Position numbers and translations under genes: made by a program. The notes beneath the pieces are model-generated. The model worked only from the letters and a program-made list of their open reading frames with translations. It searched no databases and was not told the DNA's origin. Positions 10,207-19,250 of a stretch of 64,000 nt of DNA are shown here, piece by piece. The DNA is from Candidatus Omnitrophota bacterium (lineage in GTDB: Bacteria; Omnitrophota; Gorgyraeia; Duberdicusellales; 4484-171): the NCBI GenBank assembly GCA_021735105.1, contig JAIPHS010000001.1, positions 5,484 to 69,483 on the forward strand, written 5' to 3'. Each line of letters starts with the position of its first letter. Position 1 is the first letter of the stretch.

Positions 10207-10980
10207 ATGGCAAAGCCCAATGTTTTAATTTTTCGTACTGCTGGAACAAATTGTGATAAAGAAACAGAATTTGCTTTTAAAGCTGCTGGTGCAAAAACTG
10301 AACTAGATCATATAAATATTATCAAGAAAAAAAAGGATTTTTCTTCTTATCAAATTATCTGTATTCCGGGAGGTTTTAGTTACGGGGATGATTTAGGAGC
10401 AGGAAAAATATTTTCATTAGAAATTATTCTTTGGTTAAAAGATAAAATGAAAAATTTTATTTACAAAGGAGGTTTGATTTTAGGAGTTTGCAATGGTTTT
10501 CAGGTTTTGGTTAGATCGGGTATTCTTCCTAATTTAAATTTTAACCAAAGTTTAAGCTTGATAGAAAATGATTCCGGACGCTTTGAAGATCGGTGGGTTC
10601 AGTTAAAAATAGATTCTGGTTCTAATTGTTTAGCCAGAAAAATATGGTTTAAACAGTTGCCGGAATTGATTTACTTGCCAGTTGCTCATGCTGAAGGTAA
10701 ACTGTTTTGCAAACAGAATATTTTAAATAAAATAAAAAATAATAATCAGATTGCGTTAAGGTATAGCAGCAGCAAGGGCAATGAGGTTAATTATCCGGAT
10801 AACCCTAACGGCTCTTTAGATAATATTGCCGGTATTCTAGACCAAACTGGTAGAGTCCTTGGGCTTATGCCGCATCCAGAAAGGTTTATTTTTCAGCATC
10901 AATATCCATATTGGCAAAAAGAAAAAAAGGATCCATATGGTTTCAGTTTGTTTAAAAATTCCGTAGATTATTTTAGGTAA
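10207..10980 (+). CDS. purQ: FGAM synthase glutaminase subunit PurQ
   Basis: Class I GATase: 'IPGGFSYGDDL', catalytic Cys in 'GVCNGFQ', 'HAEG', 'MPHPER'. The start is taken at the ATG (10207) immediately after the purL stop; the ORF track's upstream start would overlap purL. Confidence 0.8.
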   Translation: MAKPNVLIFRTAGTNCDKETEFAFKAAGAKTELDHINIIKKKKDFSSYQIICIPGGFSYGDDLGAGKIFSLEIILWLKDKMKNFIYKGGLILGVCNGFQVLVRSGILPNLNFNQSLSLIENDSGRFEDRWVQLKIDSGSNCLARKIWFKQLPELIYLPVAHAEGKLFCKQNILNKIKNNNQIALRYSSSKGNEVNYPDNPNGSLDNIAGILDQTGRVLGLMPHPERFIFQHQYPYWQKEKKDPYGFSLFKNSVDYFR

Positions 10981-11000
10981 TTTAACAAGGGAGAGTGTTT

Positions 11001-12395
11001 ATGAGTGGTATATTCGGAGTAGTTTCTAAAAATAAAAAGTGTATGGATCAGCTTTTTTATCTTGGCGATTATCATTCTCATCTTGGGACTAATTTTGGAG
11101 GTGTGGCCTTATCTGGGAAAAAAATGGTAAGAAAGATCCACAATATAAGCAATAGCCAGTTTAAGTCTAAATTGTTAGAAGAATATAGTTCTTTAGAAGG
11201 TGACAAAGGAATTGGAACTATAAGTTATGAAGAACAACCTTTATATGTTAAATCCAGGTTTGGAGACTTTTGTTTGGCGATAAATGGGTGGATAAATAAT
11301 TGGAAGGTTTTAGCTCGAGAATTATTTTCAAATAATTTTTCTTTTAGTGAAGTTTCTAATAGCCGGGTAAATATATGTGAACTGGTAAGTAAATTAATCT
11401 TACAAAAAGGGTCTTTGGATAAAGGGATAGAATATATGTATTCAAAGATTGAAGGTTCTATATCTTTATTAATTTTAACGAAAAAGGGGATTTATGCGTC
11501 TCGAGATAAATACGGAATATCATCATTAATTATCGGGAAAAATAAAAGTGGGTTTGCAGTTGTTACCGAAACTGCGGCTTTTCCTAATTTAGATTTTAAA
11601 GTCGAAAAAGAGCTAATGCCGGGTGAAATTGTATTTATAAATAAAGAGAGCTTAGAGCAGAAAAAGGCCGGCATCAAGAAAAACTTAAAGGTTTGTGCTT
11701 TTTCATGGATTTATACAGGATTTCCTGCTTCTTCTTATGAGGGCATAAATACAGAAAAGGTAAGGGAAAATTGTGGTAGATGTTTAGCTCGAAATGACAG
11801 AATTAAACCTGATTTAGCAGCTGGAGTTCCAGATTCAGGTATTGCTCATGCTATAGGGTATGCTTTGGGCAAGGGTATTCCTTTTCGCAGGCCTTTGGTT
11901 AAATATACACCCGGATATGGGCGCAGCTATCTTCCTTCTTTACAAAGTATAAGGAATCTAGTAGCTAAAATGAAACTTATTCCGATAAAAGAAATAATCA
12001 AAAATAAAAAAATTGTTCTTTGTGAAGATTCTATCGTAAGAGGTACTCAGCTTAAGAGTTATACTCTTACAAAATTATGGGAAAATAAAGCTAAACAAAT
12101 TCATGTTCGGGTTGCTTGTCCGCCCTTAATGTTTCCTTGCGTCTTTAACTATTCAACTCGGGCTAAAAAAGAATTAGTGGCCCGCCGGGCGATAAAAGCA
12201 ATTGAGAAAAAGGAAATAAAAGATGCTTCTCAATACATAAATGATAAATCTGCCAAATATAATAAGATGGTGTCTTGGATAGCTAAAGATTTAGGAGTAA
12301 CTAGTTTAAAATATCAAAAAATTGACGATATGGTTGCGGCGATTGGTTTACCTAAAGATAAGCTTTGTCTTTATTGCTGGACTGGAAAGAAATAG
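11001..12395 (+). CDS. purF: amidophosphoribosyltransferase PurF homolog (N-terminal nucleophile position is Ser, not Cys)
   Basis: Ntn-GATase domain alignable to E. coli PurF ('GIGTISYEEQPLYV', 'AINGWINN') plus PRTase motif 'IVLCEDSIVRGTQL'. N-terminus reads M-S-G-I-F-G where PurF has M-C-G-I. Confidence 0.75.
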   Translation: MSGIFGVVSKNKKCMDQLFYLGDYHSHLGTNFGGVALSGKKMVRKIHNISNSQFKSKLLEEYSSLEGDKGIGTISYEEQPLYVKSRFGDFCLAINGWINNWKVLARELFSNNFSFSEVSNSRVNICELVSKLILQKGSLDKGIEYMYSKIEGSISLLILTKKGIYASRDKYGISSLIIGKNKSGFAVVTETAAFPNLDFKVEKELMPGEIVFINKESLEQKKAGIKKNLKVCAFSWIYTGFPASSYEGINTEKVRENCGRCLARNDRIKPDLAAGVPDSGIAHAIGYALGKGIPFRRPLVKYTPGYGRSYLPSLQSIRNLVAKMKLIPIKEIIKNKKIVLCEDSIVRGTQLKSYTLTKLWENKAKQIHVRVACPPLMFPCVFNYSTRAKKELVARRAIKAIEKKEIKDASQYINDKSAKYNKMVSWIAKDLGVTSLKYQKIDDMVAAIGLPKDKLCLYCWTGKK

Positions 12396-12522
12396 CTATC
12401 ACTGCCTGCACTTAGTACAGGCAGGGGTAAATTGAGAAGGCACTTCGCCGAGTAATTCGGCTCAGTGCCATTGAAAATTAAGGTATTCGTTAAATAGTTT
12501 CATTTTCAATGGAGGAGAATTC
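12396..12522 (+). promoter_or_regulatory. GC-rich structured intergenic leader between purF and purM (three stem-loops)
   Basis: Hairpin ctgcctg/caggcag (12404-12426). Nested hairpin ggcact...tcgccgagtaattcggctc...agtgcc (about 12440-12470). 11-bp stem ccattgaaaat/attttcaatgg (about 12469-12510) ending at the GGAGGAG RBS of purM. Confidence 0.4.
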
Positions 12523-13524
12523 ATGGGAAAAATTGATTATAAAAAAGCTGGTGTAGATATAAAAAAAGCGGATCAGTTTGTAGCAGGGATTGGTTCTTTT
12601 GTTTCTTCTAAAAAAATCAACAAGACTTCTGTTTTTGGTTCTCTTTTTGATTTTAAAGCTGTAGCCAAAAAATATAAAGATCCAGTTCTGGTTTCTTCTA
12701 CTGATGGGGTGGGGACAAAACTGAAATTAGCTCAAAAGTTTGGCCTACATTCCGGAGTGGGCATAGATTTAGTAGCTATGAATGTCAATGATATTATTTG
12801 CCTAGGGGCTAAACCGCTTTTTTTCCTTGATTATATAGCTTGCGGTAAATTAAAACCAGCTGTTTTAAAAAAAGTGGTTGGAGGTATATACCAGGGCTTG
12901 TCAGAAAGTAATTGCAGTCTTTTGGGAGGCGAAACTGCTGAAATGCCTGGTATGTACAAAAAGGATGAATATGATTTAGCCGGGTTTTGTTTGGGAGTAG
13001 TTGATAGGAAAAAGATAATAAATGGGAGTAAAATTAAAGAAGGGGATAAAATAATAGGGGTTTCTTCGTCGGGCCTTCATTCTAATGGTTTTTCTTTAGT
13101 AAGAAAGGTATTAAATCAAAAAGATCTTAAAAGCCACAAAAAGACTTTGCTTAAACCTACACGTGTTTATGTAAAGTCAATACTTTCTTTGCTTTCATCT
13201 AAGAGTTTGGGCAATTCAGTAACCGGGATAGCTCATATCACTGGTGGCGCTTTTTATAATAAAGCGACTAAAATTGTTCCTGGAGGTTTGAGTTTGCTGG
13301 TGAGTAAAAAAAGCTGGTGCCCAGGCAATATATTTAAAAAAATTCAAAAAAGAGGAAATTTGAGCCAAACTCAAATGTATTCAGTTTTTAATATGGGTAT
13401 TGGTTTGATAGTTGTTGTTAAAAAAGATGCAGCTAAAAGAATATTAAATAGATTGAATAAAAGCTATAAGAGTTATTTGGTCGGAGAAGTTGTTAAAGAT
13501 AAAAATAAACTTATTTTAAACTAG
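12523..13524 (+). CDS. purM: phosphoribosylformylglycinamidine cyclo-ligase (AIR synthetase)
   Basis: 333 aa; PurM-type AIRS N and C domains ('GVDIKKADQF', 'GVGIDLVAMNVND', 'GLHSNGFSL'). Confidence 0.85.
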   Translation: MGKIDYKKAGVDIKKADQFVAGIGSFVSSKKINKTSVFGSLFDFKAVAKKYKDPVLVSSTDGVGTKLKLAQKFGLHSGVGIDLVAMNVNDIICLGAKPLFFLDYIACGKLKPAVLKKVVGGIYQGLSESNCSLLGGETAEMPGMYKKDEYDLAGFCLGVVDRKKIINGSKIKEGDKIIGVSSSGLHSNGFSLVRKVLNQKDLKSHKKTLLKPTRVYVKSILSLLSSKSLGNSVTGIAHITGGAFYNKATKIVPGGLSLLVSKKSWCPGNIFKKIQKRGNLSQTQMYSVFNMGIGLIVVVKKDAAKRILNRLNKSYKSYLVGEVVKDKNKLILN

Positions 13525-13542
13525 GTTAAAACAGGGGTAACT

Positions 13543-14847
13543 GTGAAAGTTTTAGTTGTTGGATCAGGAGCTAGAGAACATTGTTTAGTTGATAAATTAT
13601 TCCAAAGCCCTAAAGTTGATAAGATTTATATTGCGCCCGGTAACGGGGGGACATCTCAATTATGCGAAAATATTGACATTGAAGCTGATGATATTGAATC
13701 TTTGGTGAAATTTGCAGTAGCTAAAGATGTAGGGCTTACTGTGGTAGGCCCTGAAATTCCTTTGGCTAAAGGAATTGTGGATAAGTTTAAAGATAAAGGA
13801 TTAAAAATTTTTGGCCCAAACCAGGAATTAGCTCAGTTAGAATCATCTAAGGTGTTTGCTAAAGAGTTAATGGAAAAATATAATATTCCCACCGCGAGTT
13901 TTCAAGTTTTTAACCAACCTAATTCAGCAAAAGAATATCTTAAAAAGATTAATTTTCCTGTTGTAGTTAAGGCAGATGGTTTGGCTGCTGGTAAAGGGGT
14001 TATGGTTTGTGAAAATAAAGAAGAAGCTAAGACGGCAATAGATACTATAATGGTAGAAAAAAAATTCGGCCAGGCCGGTAATAATTTAATTATTGAAGAT
14101 TGCCTGAAAGGCCAAGAATTTTCAGTTTTAGCTTTTAGTGATGGAGAAACTATTTTACCCTTGGCAGCTTCACAAGATCATAAACGTGCTTTTGATAATG
14201 ATAGAGGGCCTAACACAGGAGGCATGGGAGCATATGCACCGACTCCTTTACTAGATAAACAAGGTTTTGATCAGATAATAGATGGTATATTTTATCCTTT
14301 GATAAAAGGGTTAAAAAAAGAAAATAAATTATATAAAGGAATTCTCTATGCTGGGCTTATGCTTACAGATAATGGGCCTAGTGTTTTGGAATTCAATGTA
14401 AGGTTTGGGGATCCTGAAGCGCAGGTTGTTTTACCTAAGCTAAAAGGGGATTTAGCTGATATCATTTTAAAAACTATTGGAGGAAAGTTGTCTGAGGCAA
14501 AAATTGAAGAGGACCTAAGAGCTTGTGTTTGTGTAGTATTGGCTTCAGGCGGATATCCTAATAAATACCAAAAAGGTAAAGAAATAAAGGGATTAGAAAT
14601 TGCCCAAAAGCAAAGAGATATTTTGGTTTATCAGGCTGGAACTAAAAAAGAAGCTGGAAAAATATTAACTAATGGAGGAAGAGTTCTCAGTGTAGTTGGC
14701 TTTGGGAGTACAATAAAAGAAGCAAAAGATAAGGCATATAAAGTTGTGGGCAAAATAAGCTTTGAGGGCATGCAGTATAGAAAAGATATAAGTGATAAAG
14801 CTTTGTTAAGTCCTAAGTCCAAAGTCCAATGTCCAAAGTCAAATTAA
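13543..14847 (+). CDS. purD: phosphoribosylamine--glycine ligase
   Basis: 434 aa, GTG start; ATP-grasp 'VVKADGLAAGKGV'. The C-terminal tail is encoded by an (A)AGTCC tandem repeat. Confidence 0.85.
   Translation: MKVLVVGSGAREHCLVDKLFQSPKVDKIYIAPGNGGTSQLCENIDIEADDIESLVKFAVAKDVGLTVVGPEIPLAKGIVDKFKDKGLKIFGPNQELAQLESSKVFAKELMEKYNIPTASFQVFNQPNSAKEYLKKINFPVVVKADGLAAGKGVMVCENKEEAKTAIDTIMVEKKFGQAGNNLIIEDCLKGQEFSVLAFSDGETILPLAASQDHKRAFDNDRGPNTGGMGAYAPTPLLDKQGFDQIIDGIFYPLIKGLKKENKLYKGILYAGLMLTDNGPSVLEFNVRFGDPEAQVVLPKLKGDLADIILKTIGGKLSEAKIEEDLRACVCVVLASGGYPNKYQKGKEIKGLEIAQKQRDILVYQAGTKKEAGKILTNGGRVLSVVGFGSTIKEAKDKAYKVVGKISFEGMQYRKDISDKALLSPKSKVQCPKSN
14806..14847 (+). repeat. short tandem repeat (AAGTCC-like units x5) forming the 3' end of purD
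   Basis: 'tcctaagtccaaagtccaatgtccaaagtcaaatt' encodes ...SPKSKVQCPKSN at the extreme C-terminus. Confidence 0.6.
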
Positions 14848-14859
14848 GAGGAGGATAAG

Positions 14860-15315
14860 ATGACAAAAAAGATAGCTGTTGTTTTGGGGAGTAAGTCAGA
14901 CAAAGAAAAACTAAAGATAGGTTTTCAACTTTTAGATGAAGCGGGAGTTTCTTATAAGTTAAAAGTAATCTCTGCTCACAGGAATCCGGATAAGTTAAGA
15001 AGTTATTGTAAAAAAATCGAAAAAGACAAAATAGATTTGGTTATAGCTTGTGCAGGTTTGGCGGCAGCTTTACCTGGGTTTATGGCTTCTTATCTAAACA
15101 TTCCTGTAATTGGAGTAGGCCTAAAAGGCGGAATGATGGATGGATTAGATTCGCTTTTTTCTATTGTGAGCGCTCCTAAGGGAATCGGGCTTGTTTCTTC
15201 GGGATTAGGAGAAAATGGTTTTATCAATGCTATTATTTTTGCTTTAGAAATAATGGGAATATCGGATAATGCAAGTTTAGAAAAAGTTAAAAAAATAAAA
15301 AATAAATTTAAATAA
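14860..15315 (+). CDS. purE: N5-carboxyaminoimidazole ribonucleotide mutase PurE (class I-type SAHR motif)
   Basis: 151 aa; 'KVISAHRNPDKL', 'ACAGLAAALPG' PurE signatures. Confidence 0.85.
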   Translation: MTKKIAVVLGSKSDKEKLKIGFQLLDEAGVSYKLKVISAHRNPDKLRSYCKKIEKDKIDLVIACAGLAAALPGFMASYLNIPVIGVGLKGGMMDGLDSLFSIVSAPKGIGLVSSGLGENGFINAIIFALEIMGISDNASLEKVKKIKNKFK

Positions 15316-15320
15316 TAGCA

Positions 15321-16385
15321 ATGGAAAAAATAACAATTGATACAAAAAAAATAGGTAAATTGGACATAAAAAGGGCAGCTAATATGCTTTCTCAAGGAAA
15401 AATTGTAGCTATGCCCACAGAAACTGTCTATGGCTTGGCTGTAAGAACTGATAAAAAGAATGGAGTAGAAAAGTTATATTCTTTAAAAGAAAGGCCTCTG
15501 GATAAACCGTTTAGCATTGCTTTAGCTGATTTAGACAAAGCAATCAACCAATATTTTTTAACTCTTAATCCTTTTGGGCATCGATTGATAGAGAATTTTT
15601 GGCCGGGGCCTCTTACCATTGTTTATTACAAGAATCCAGAAGGTAAAGTTGGTATTAGGATACCTTCTAATTTTGTTGCCAATAGTATTTTGAGGCTTCT
15701 TGGTTCTGCGGTTTTTTTTCCTTCGGCCAATCGAAGCGGCCAAAATGAAGCTATTTCTGCAGATCAAGTAGAAGAAAGCTTTGATGGGCAAATAGATTTA
15801 ATTGTTGACGGAGGAAAGGCTGATTATAAGAAATCATCAACAGTTGTAGATTTAACTTATAAACCATTTAAAATATTACGAGAAGGTGTAGTTTCAGAAA
15901 AGCAGATTGCAGCTATTTTTATCAGAAGAAGAATATTATTTGTTTGCACGGGTAATAGTTGCCGGTCCCCTATGGCTGAATATATTTTGCGTAAATACCT
16001 GCAGGAAAAACGAAGAGCTGCTTTGCAAAGATATGAGATTATTTCTGCAGGGATTGCTGCTCCGGAAGGTAGGCATCCGCCTGAGCAGGTAGAGAAGGTA
16101 ATACAAAAGCAGGAAGGTACTAATATAGCAGGCTTTAAAGCCAAGCAATTAACAAAACAAATGATACTTTCTTCGGATTATATTTTTACAATGGAAGATT
16201 CTCAAAAAGAAGATATTTTAAGAAAAGTTCCTTCGGCTCGGGCGAGAATTTTTAATTTAACTCAATTTCTTCTTTCTGAAAAAATCGTAAATATTCCTGA
16301 TCCAATAGGGAAAAGTTTTGTTTTTTATGAAAATGCCTATAAAATGATAAAAAAATCAATAAACGAGTTAAGTGATTGGTTATAA
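15321..16385 (+). CDS. fusion protein: YrdC/TsaC-like threonylcarbamoyl-AMP synthase domain plus low-molecular-weight protein phosphatase domain (YwlE-like)
   Basis: N-terminal 'KIVAMPTETVYGLAV' (YrdC/Sua5 fold). C-terminal half 'ILFVCTGNSCRSPMAEYIL' (CX5R P-loop of LMW-PTP/arginine phosphatase). Followed by rpiB and glyA, mirroring B. subtilis ywlC-ywlE-ywlF-glyA. Confidence 0.7.
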   Translation: MEKITIDTKKIGKLDIKRAANMLSQGKIVAMPTETVYGLAVRTDKKNGVEKLYSLKERPLDKPFSIALADLDKAINQYFLTLNPFGHRLIENFWPGPLTIVYYKNPEGKVGIRIPSNFVANSILRLLGSAVFFPSANRSGQNEAISADQVEESFDGQIDLIVDGGKADYKKSSTVVDLTYKPFKILREGVVSEKQIAAIFIRRRILFVCTGNSCRSPMAEYILRKYLQEKRRAALQRYEIISAGIAAPEGRHPPEQVEKVIQKQEGTNIAGFKAKQLTKQMILSSDYIFTMEDSQKEDILRKVPSARARIFNLTQFLLSEKIVNIPDPIGKSFVFYENAYKMIKKSINELSDWL

Positions 16386-16408
16386 TAATTTAGGAAAAGG
16401 AGACTAAT

Positions 16409-16852
16409 ATGAGGATAGCTTTTGGTTGTGATCACCGTGGCTTTAAATTAAAAAATACTTTAATAAACTATTTAGAAGGTAAAGGCCATAAAATTATTGA
16501 TTTCGGTACATTTTCTAAGGATTCATGTGATTATCCTGATTATATTTATCCAGCTGCGTCTGCAGTAGCTAATAAAAAAGCAGATAGAGCTGTTGTTATT
16601 TGTTTTACTGGAATTGGAAGCTGTATTTTGGCGAATAAAATAAAGGGAATAAGGGCGGCTTTAGCTTACAATATAAAAAGCGCTAAACTTTCCCGTTGTC
16701 ATAATGATAGTAATGTTTTGGTGCTGGCTGCAGATTTGGTGAAGCCGGATTATGCTAAAAAAATGGCTTTAAGTTGGCTTAAAGAAGGTTTTGAAGCAGG
16801 AAGGCATAGCCGAAGATTGCGTAAGATACGAAAAGCCGAGGAATCTCAATAA
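16409..16852 (+). CDS. rpiB: ribose-5-phosphate isomerase B
   Basis: 147 aa; 'RIAFGCDHRGFKLK', 'CFTGIGSCILANK' RpiB/LacAB family. Confidence 0.8.
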   Translation: MRIAFGCDHRGFKLKNTLINYLEGKGHKIIDFGTFSKDSCDYPDYIYPAASAVANKKADRAVVICFTGIGSCILANKIKGIRAALAYNIKSAKLSRCHNDSNVLVLAADLVKPDYAKKMALSWLKEGFEAGRHSRRLRKIRKAEESQ

Positions 16853-16953
16853 TCAACGAATGCATATAATCATCGAATGTACTAATCTTTACGAATATAC
16901 GAATGATATTATAAATATTCGTACATTCGTAATTGATTCGTATATTCGTTGAT
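16853..16953 (+). repeat. intergenic palindromic element, copy A (TACGAAT/ATTCGTA heptad array)
   Basis: 'tcaacgaat...tacgaatatacgaatg atattataaat attcgtacattcgtaattgattcgtatattcgttga': 4 heptads on each arm in inverted orientation; starts at the rpiB stop codon; family shared with 26882-26966 and 63724-63811. Confidence 0.7.
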
Positions 16954-16978
16954 AACAATCAGTTATGAGGAGGCTTAA

Positions 16979-18229
16979 ATGTTTGAAAAATTAAAACAAA
17001 AAGATTTAAAAATTTATTCTGCTATATCTCATGAGCTTAAAAGGCAAAGAGAACATCTTGAACTTATTGCCAGTGAAAATTTTGCCCCGCCTGAAGTTTT
17101 AGAAGCTCAAGGCTCGGTGTTGACTAATAAATATGCTGAAGGTTATCCACATCGGCGTTGGTACGGGGGCTGTGATTTTGTTGATATAGCAGAGGATCTT
17201 GCGATTGAAAGAGCTAAAGCTCTTTTTGGGGCTGAATTTGTTAATGTACAACCTCATTCGGGGACCCAAGCTAATATTGCGGTTATGATGGCGGTATTAA
17301 AACCGGGAGACACAATTTTAGCTATGGATTTAGCTTGTGGGGGCCATCTTTCCCATGGGCATCCACTTAATTTTTCCGGAAAATTTTACAATATAGTTTC
17401 ATATGGTGTTGATAAAAGTTCAGAGTGCCTAAACTATGCGAATATAGAACAATTAGCTTTAGATAATAAACCTAAGATGATAATTGCCGGGGCAAGTGCA
17501 TACCCGAGAAAGATAGATTTTAAACGCTTTCGGGAAATAGCTGATAAAGTAGGAGCTTTTTTGTGTGTAGATATGGCTCATTTTGCCGGTTTAGTTGCTG
17601 CCGGCATACATCCTAACCCTTGTCCTTATGCAGATTTTGTTACTTCAACAACACATAAAACTTTACGTGGCCCTCGAGGCGGATTTATTTTAGCTAAATC
17701 AGATTTTGGCAAAAAAATCAATACAGCAGTTTTTCCTGGAAATCAAGGTGGGCCGCTTATGCATGTTATAGCAGCAAAAGCCGTAGCTTTTGGGTTAGCT
17801 CAACAGGATGATTTTATCCGGTATCAAAAACAAGTTGTCAAAAATAGTTCCTATTTTGCCAAAGATATGGCTGATTTAGATTATCGGATTGTAAGCGGGG
17901 GAACTGAGAATCATCTATTTTTAGTGGATTTAACTGAAAAAAATATAACCGGTAAAGATGCTTCTTTTATTTTAGATAAGGTAAATATTACCGTAAATAA
18001 GAATCTTATTCCTTTTGATAAAAAATCGCCTGTCGTAACAAGCGGTATTAGGATTGGAACCCCGGCAATTACTACTCGTTTAATGAAAGAAACAGAGATG
18101 GGAAAAATAGCTAATTTAATTAATCAGGCTCTAACCAACAGAGAAGATGATGCGAAATTATTAGAAATTAAAAAAGAGGTTTTAAATTTAACTGGGAAAT
18201 TTCCCTTATACGGTGATTTTGAGTTATAA
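16979..18229 (+). CDS. glyA: serine hydroxymethyltransferase
   Basis: 416 aa; PLP site '[13 protein letters not shown]', highly conserved SHMT throughout. Confidence 0.9.
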   Translation: MFEKLKQKDLKIYSAISHELKRQREHLELIASENFAPPEVLEAQGSVLTNKYAEGYPHRRWYGGCDFVDIAEDLAIERAKALFGAEFVNVQPHSGTQANIAVMMAVLKPGDTILAMDLACGGHLSHGHPLNFSGKFYNIVSYGVDKSSECLNYANIEQLALDNKPKMIIAGASAYPRKIDFKRFREIADKVGAFLCVDMAHFAGLVAAGIHPNPCPYADFVTSTTHKTLRGPRGGFILAKSDFGKKINTAVFPGNQGGPLMHVIAAKAVAFGLAQQDDFIRYQKQVVKNSSYFAKDMADLDYRIVSGGTENHLFLVDLTEKNITGKDASFILDKVNITVNKNLIPFDKKSPVVTSGIRIGTPAITTRLMKETEMGKIANLINQALTNREDDAKLLEIKKEVLNLTGKFPLYGDFEL

Positions 18230-18243
18230 ATAAAATTTTTAAA

Positions 18244-18717
18244 ATGAAAAATAAAAAAAGGCCCTCTTGGGACCAATATTTTATGGGAGTAGCTTTTTTA
18301 GTTAGCAAACGATCTACTTGCCTGCGGCGGAAAGTAGGAGCTGTTTTAGTAAAAGATAAGCAGATTCTTGCTACCGGCTATAATGGTGCACCCAGAGGCA
18401 TAACCCATTGTGAGGTGACTGGTTGCCTACGAGAGAAGATGGAAGTTCCTTCCGGCCAGCGGCATGAGATATGCAGGGGGCTTCATGCCGAACAGAATGT
18501 TATTTTACAATCTGCTCTACATGGTGTATCTGTTAAAGAAAGTACTATCTATATAACAAATTCACCTTGCAGTATTTGTGCAAAGATGATTATTAATGCT
18601 GGTATTGATGAAATAGTTGTTTTTGATGATTATCCTGATAAAATGGCTATGGAATTTTTAAAAGAAGCAAAAATGGCCTTATTAAAGCTAAAGGATTTTA
18701 ATAAAGGAGATATTTAA
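18244..18717 (+). CDS. dCMP deaminase family (ComEB-like cytidine/deoxycytidylate deaminase)
   Basis: 157 aa; zinc ligand motifs 'HAEQNV' and 'PCSICAKMI'. Confidence 0.7.
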   Translation: MKNKKRPSWDQYFMGVAFLVSKRSTCLRRKVGAVLVKDKQILATGYNGAPRGITHCEVTGCLREKMEVPSGQRHEICRGLHAEQNVILQSALHGVSVKESTIYITNSPCSICAKMIINAGIDEIVVFDDYPDKMAMEFLKEAKMALLKLKDFNKGDI

Positions 18718-18723
18718 CCAGTT

Positions 18724-19185
18724 ATGCGTTGTCCTTATTGCAATTTTAATGAAGATAAAGTGGTTGATTCACGTCTTACCTCTGAAGGTTCTGCCATAAG
18801 GAGGAGAAGAGAATGCAATAGTTGTGGAAGGCGTTTCACTACATATGAATATGTGGAAAAAACTCCTCTTATGGTAATAAAAAAAGATGGGCGCAGAGAG
18901 CCTTTTTCTCAACAAAAAGTTTTAGACGGATTGATTAAGGCTTGTGAAAAAAGAGCTATAAGTGTAGAAAAATTGGAAAATATAGTTTCTGAAATCGAGA
19001 TTAAATTACAAAAGAAATTTGAACAAGAAGTTGACTCAAATCATATTGGAGAATTAGTTATGGAAAGACTTTCCAAAATAGATGATGTAGCTTATGTAAG
19101 GTTTGCTTCTGTGTACAGACAGTTTAAGGATATTAATCAATTTTTGCGTGAGTTGCGTGAAGTTTTAGGGAGAAAGATAAAGTAA
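18724..19185 (+). CDS. nrdR: transcriptional repressor NrdR
   Basis: 153 aa; '[17 protein letters not shown]...[12 protein letters not shown]' zinc ribbon plus ATP-cone. Confidence 0.85.
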   Translation: MRCPYCNFNEDKVVDSRLTSEGSAIRRRRECNSCGRRFTTYEYVEKTPLMVIKKDGRREPFSQQKVLDGLIKACEKRAISVEKLENIVSEIEIKLQKKFEQEVDSNHIGELVMERLSKIDDVAYVRFASVYRQFKDINQFLRELREVLGRKIK

Positions 19186-19250
19186 TAGTTGATTTTTATA
19201 AGCGGCCATCCTTTTTAATTGTCAAACTGCCTTAAGATAAGAACTTATCT

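Noticed and set aside
12396-12522. tRNA or other small RNA gene in the GC-rich purF-purM spacer (and likewise 31524-31645)
   Set aside because: No cloverleaf can be drawn and no GTTCRANYC T-loop or acceptor/anticodon stem geometry is present. The hairpins are better explained as a cis-acting leader or repeat element.
15090-15395. Minus-strand ORFs of 60-115 aa from the six-frame track (e.g. 15090-15395, 15857-16144, 57224-57571, 62516-62818, 44760-45065, 5900-6148)
   Set aside because: Each lies entirely inside, and antisense to, a + strand gene with clear conserved motifs. Their translations are low-complexity and lack any recognisable motif. They are the usual shadow ORFs of an AT-rich genome.
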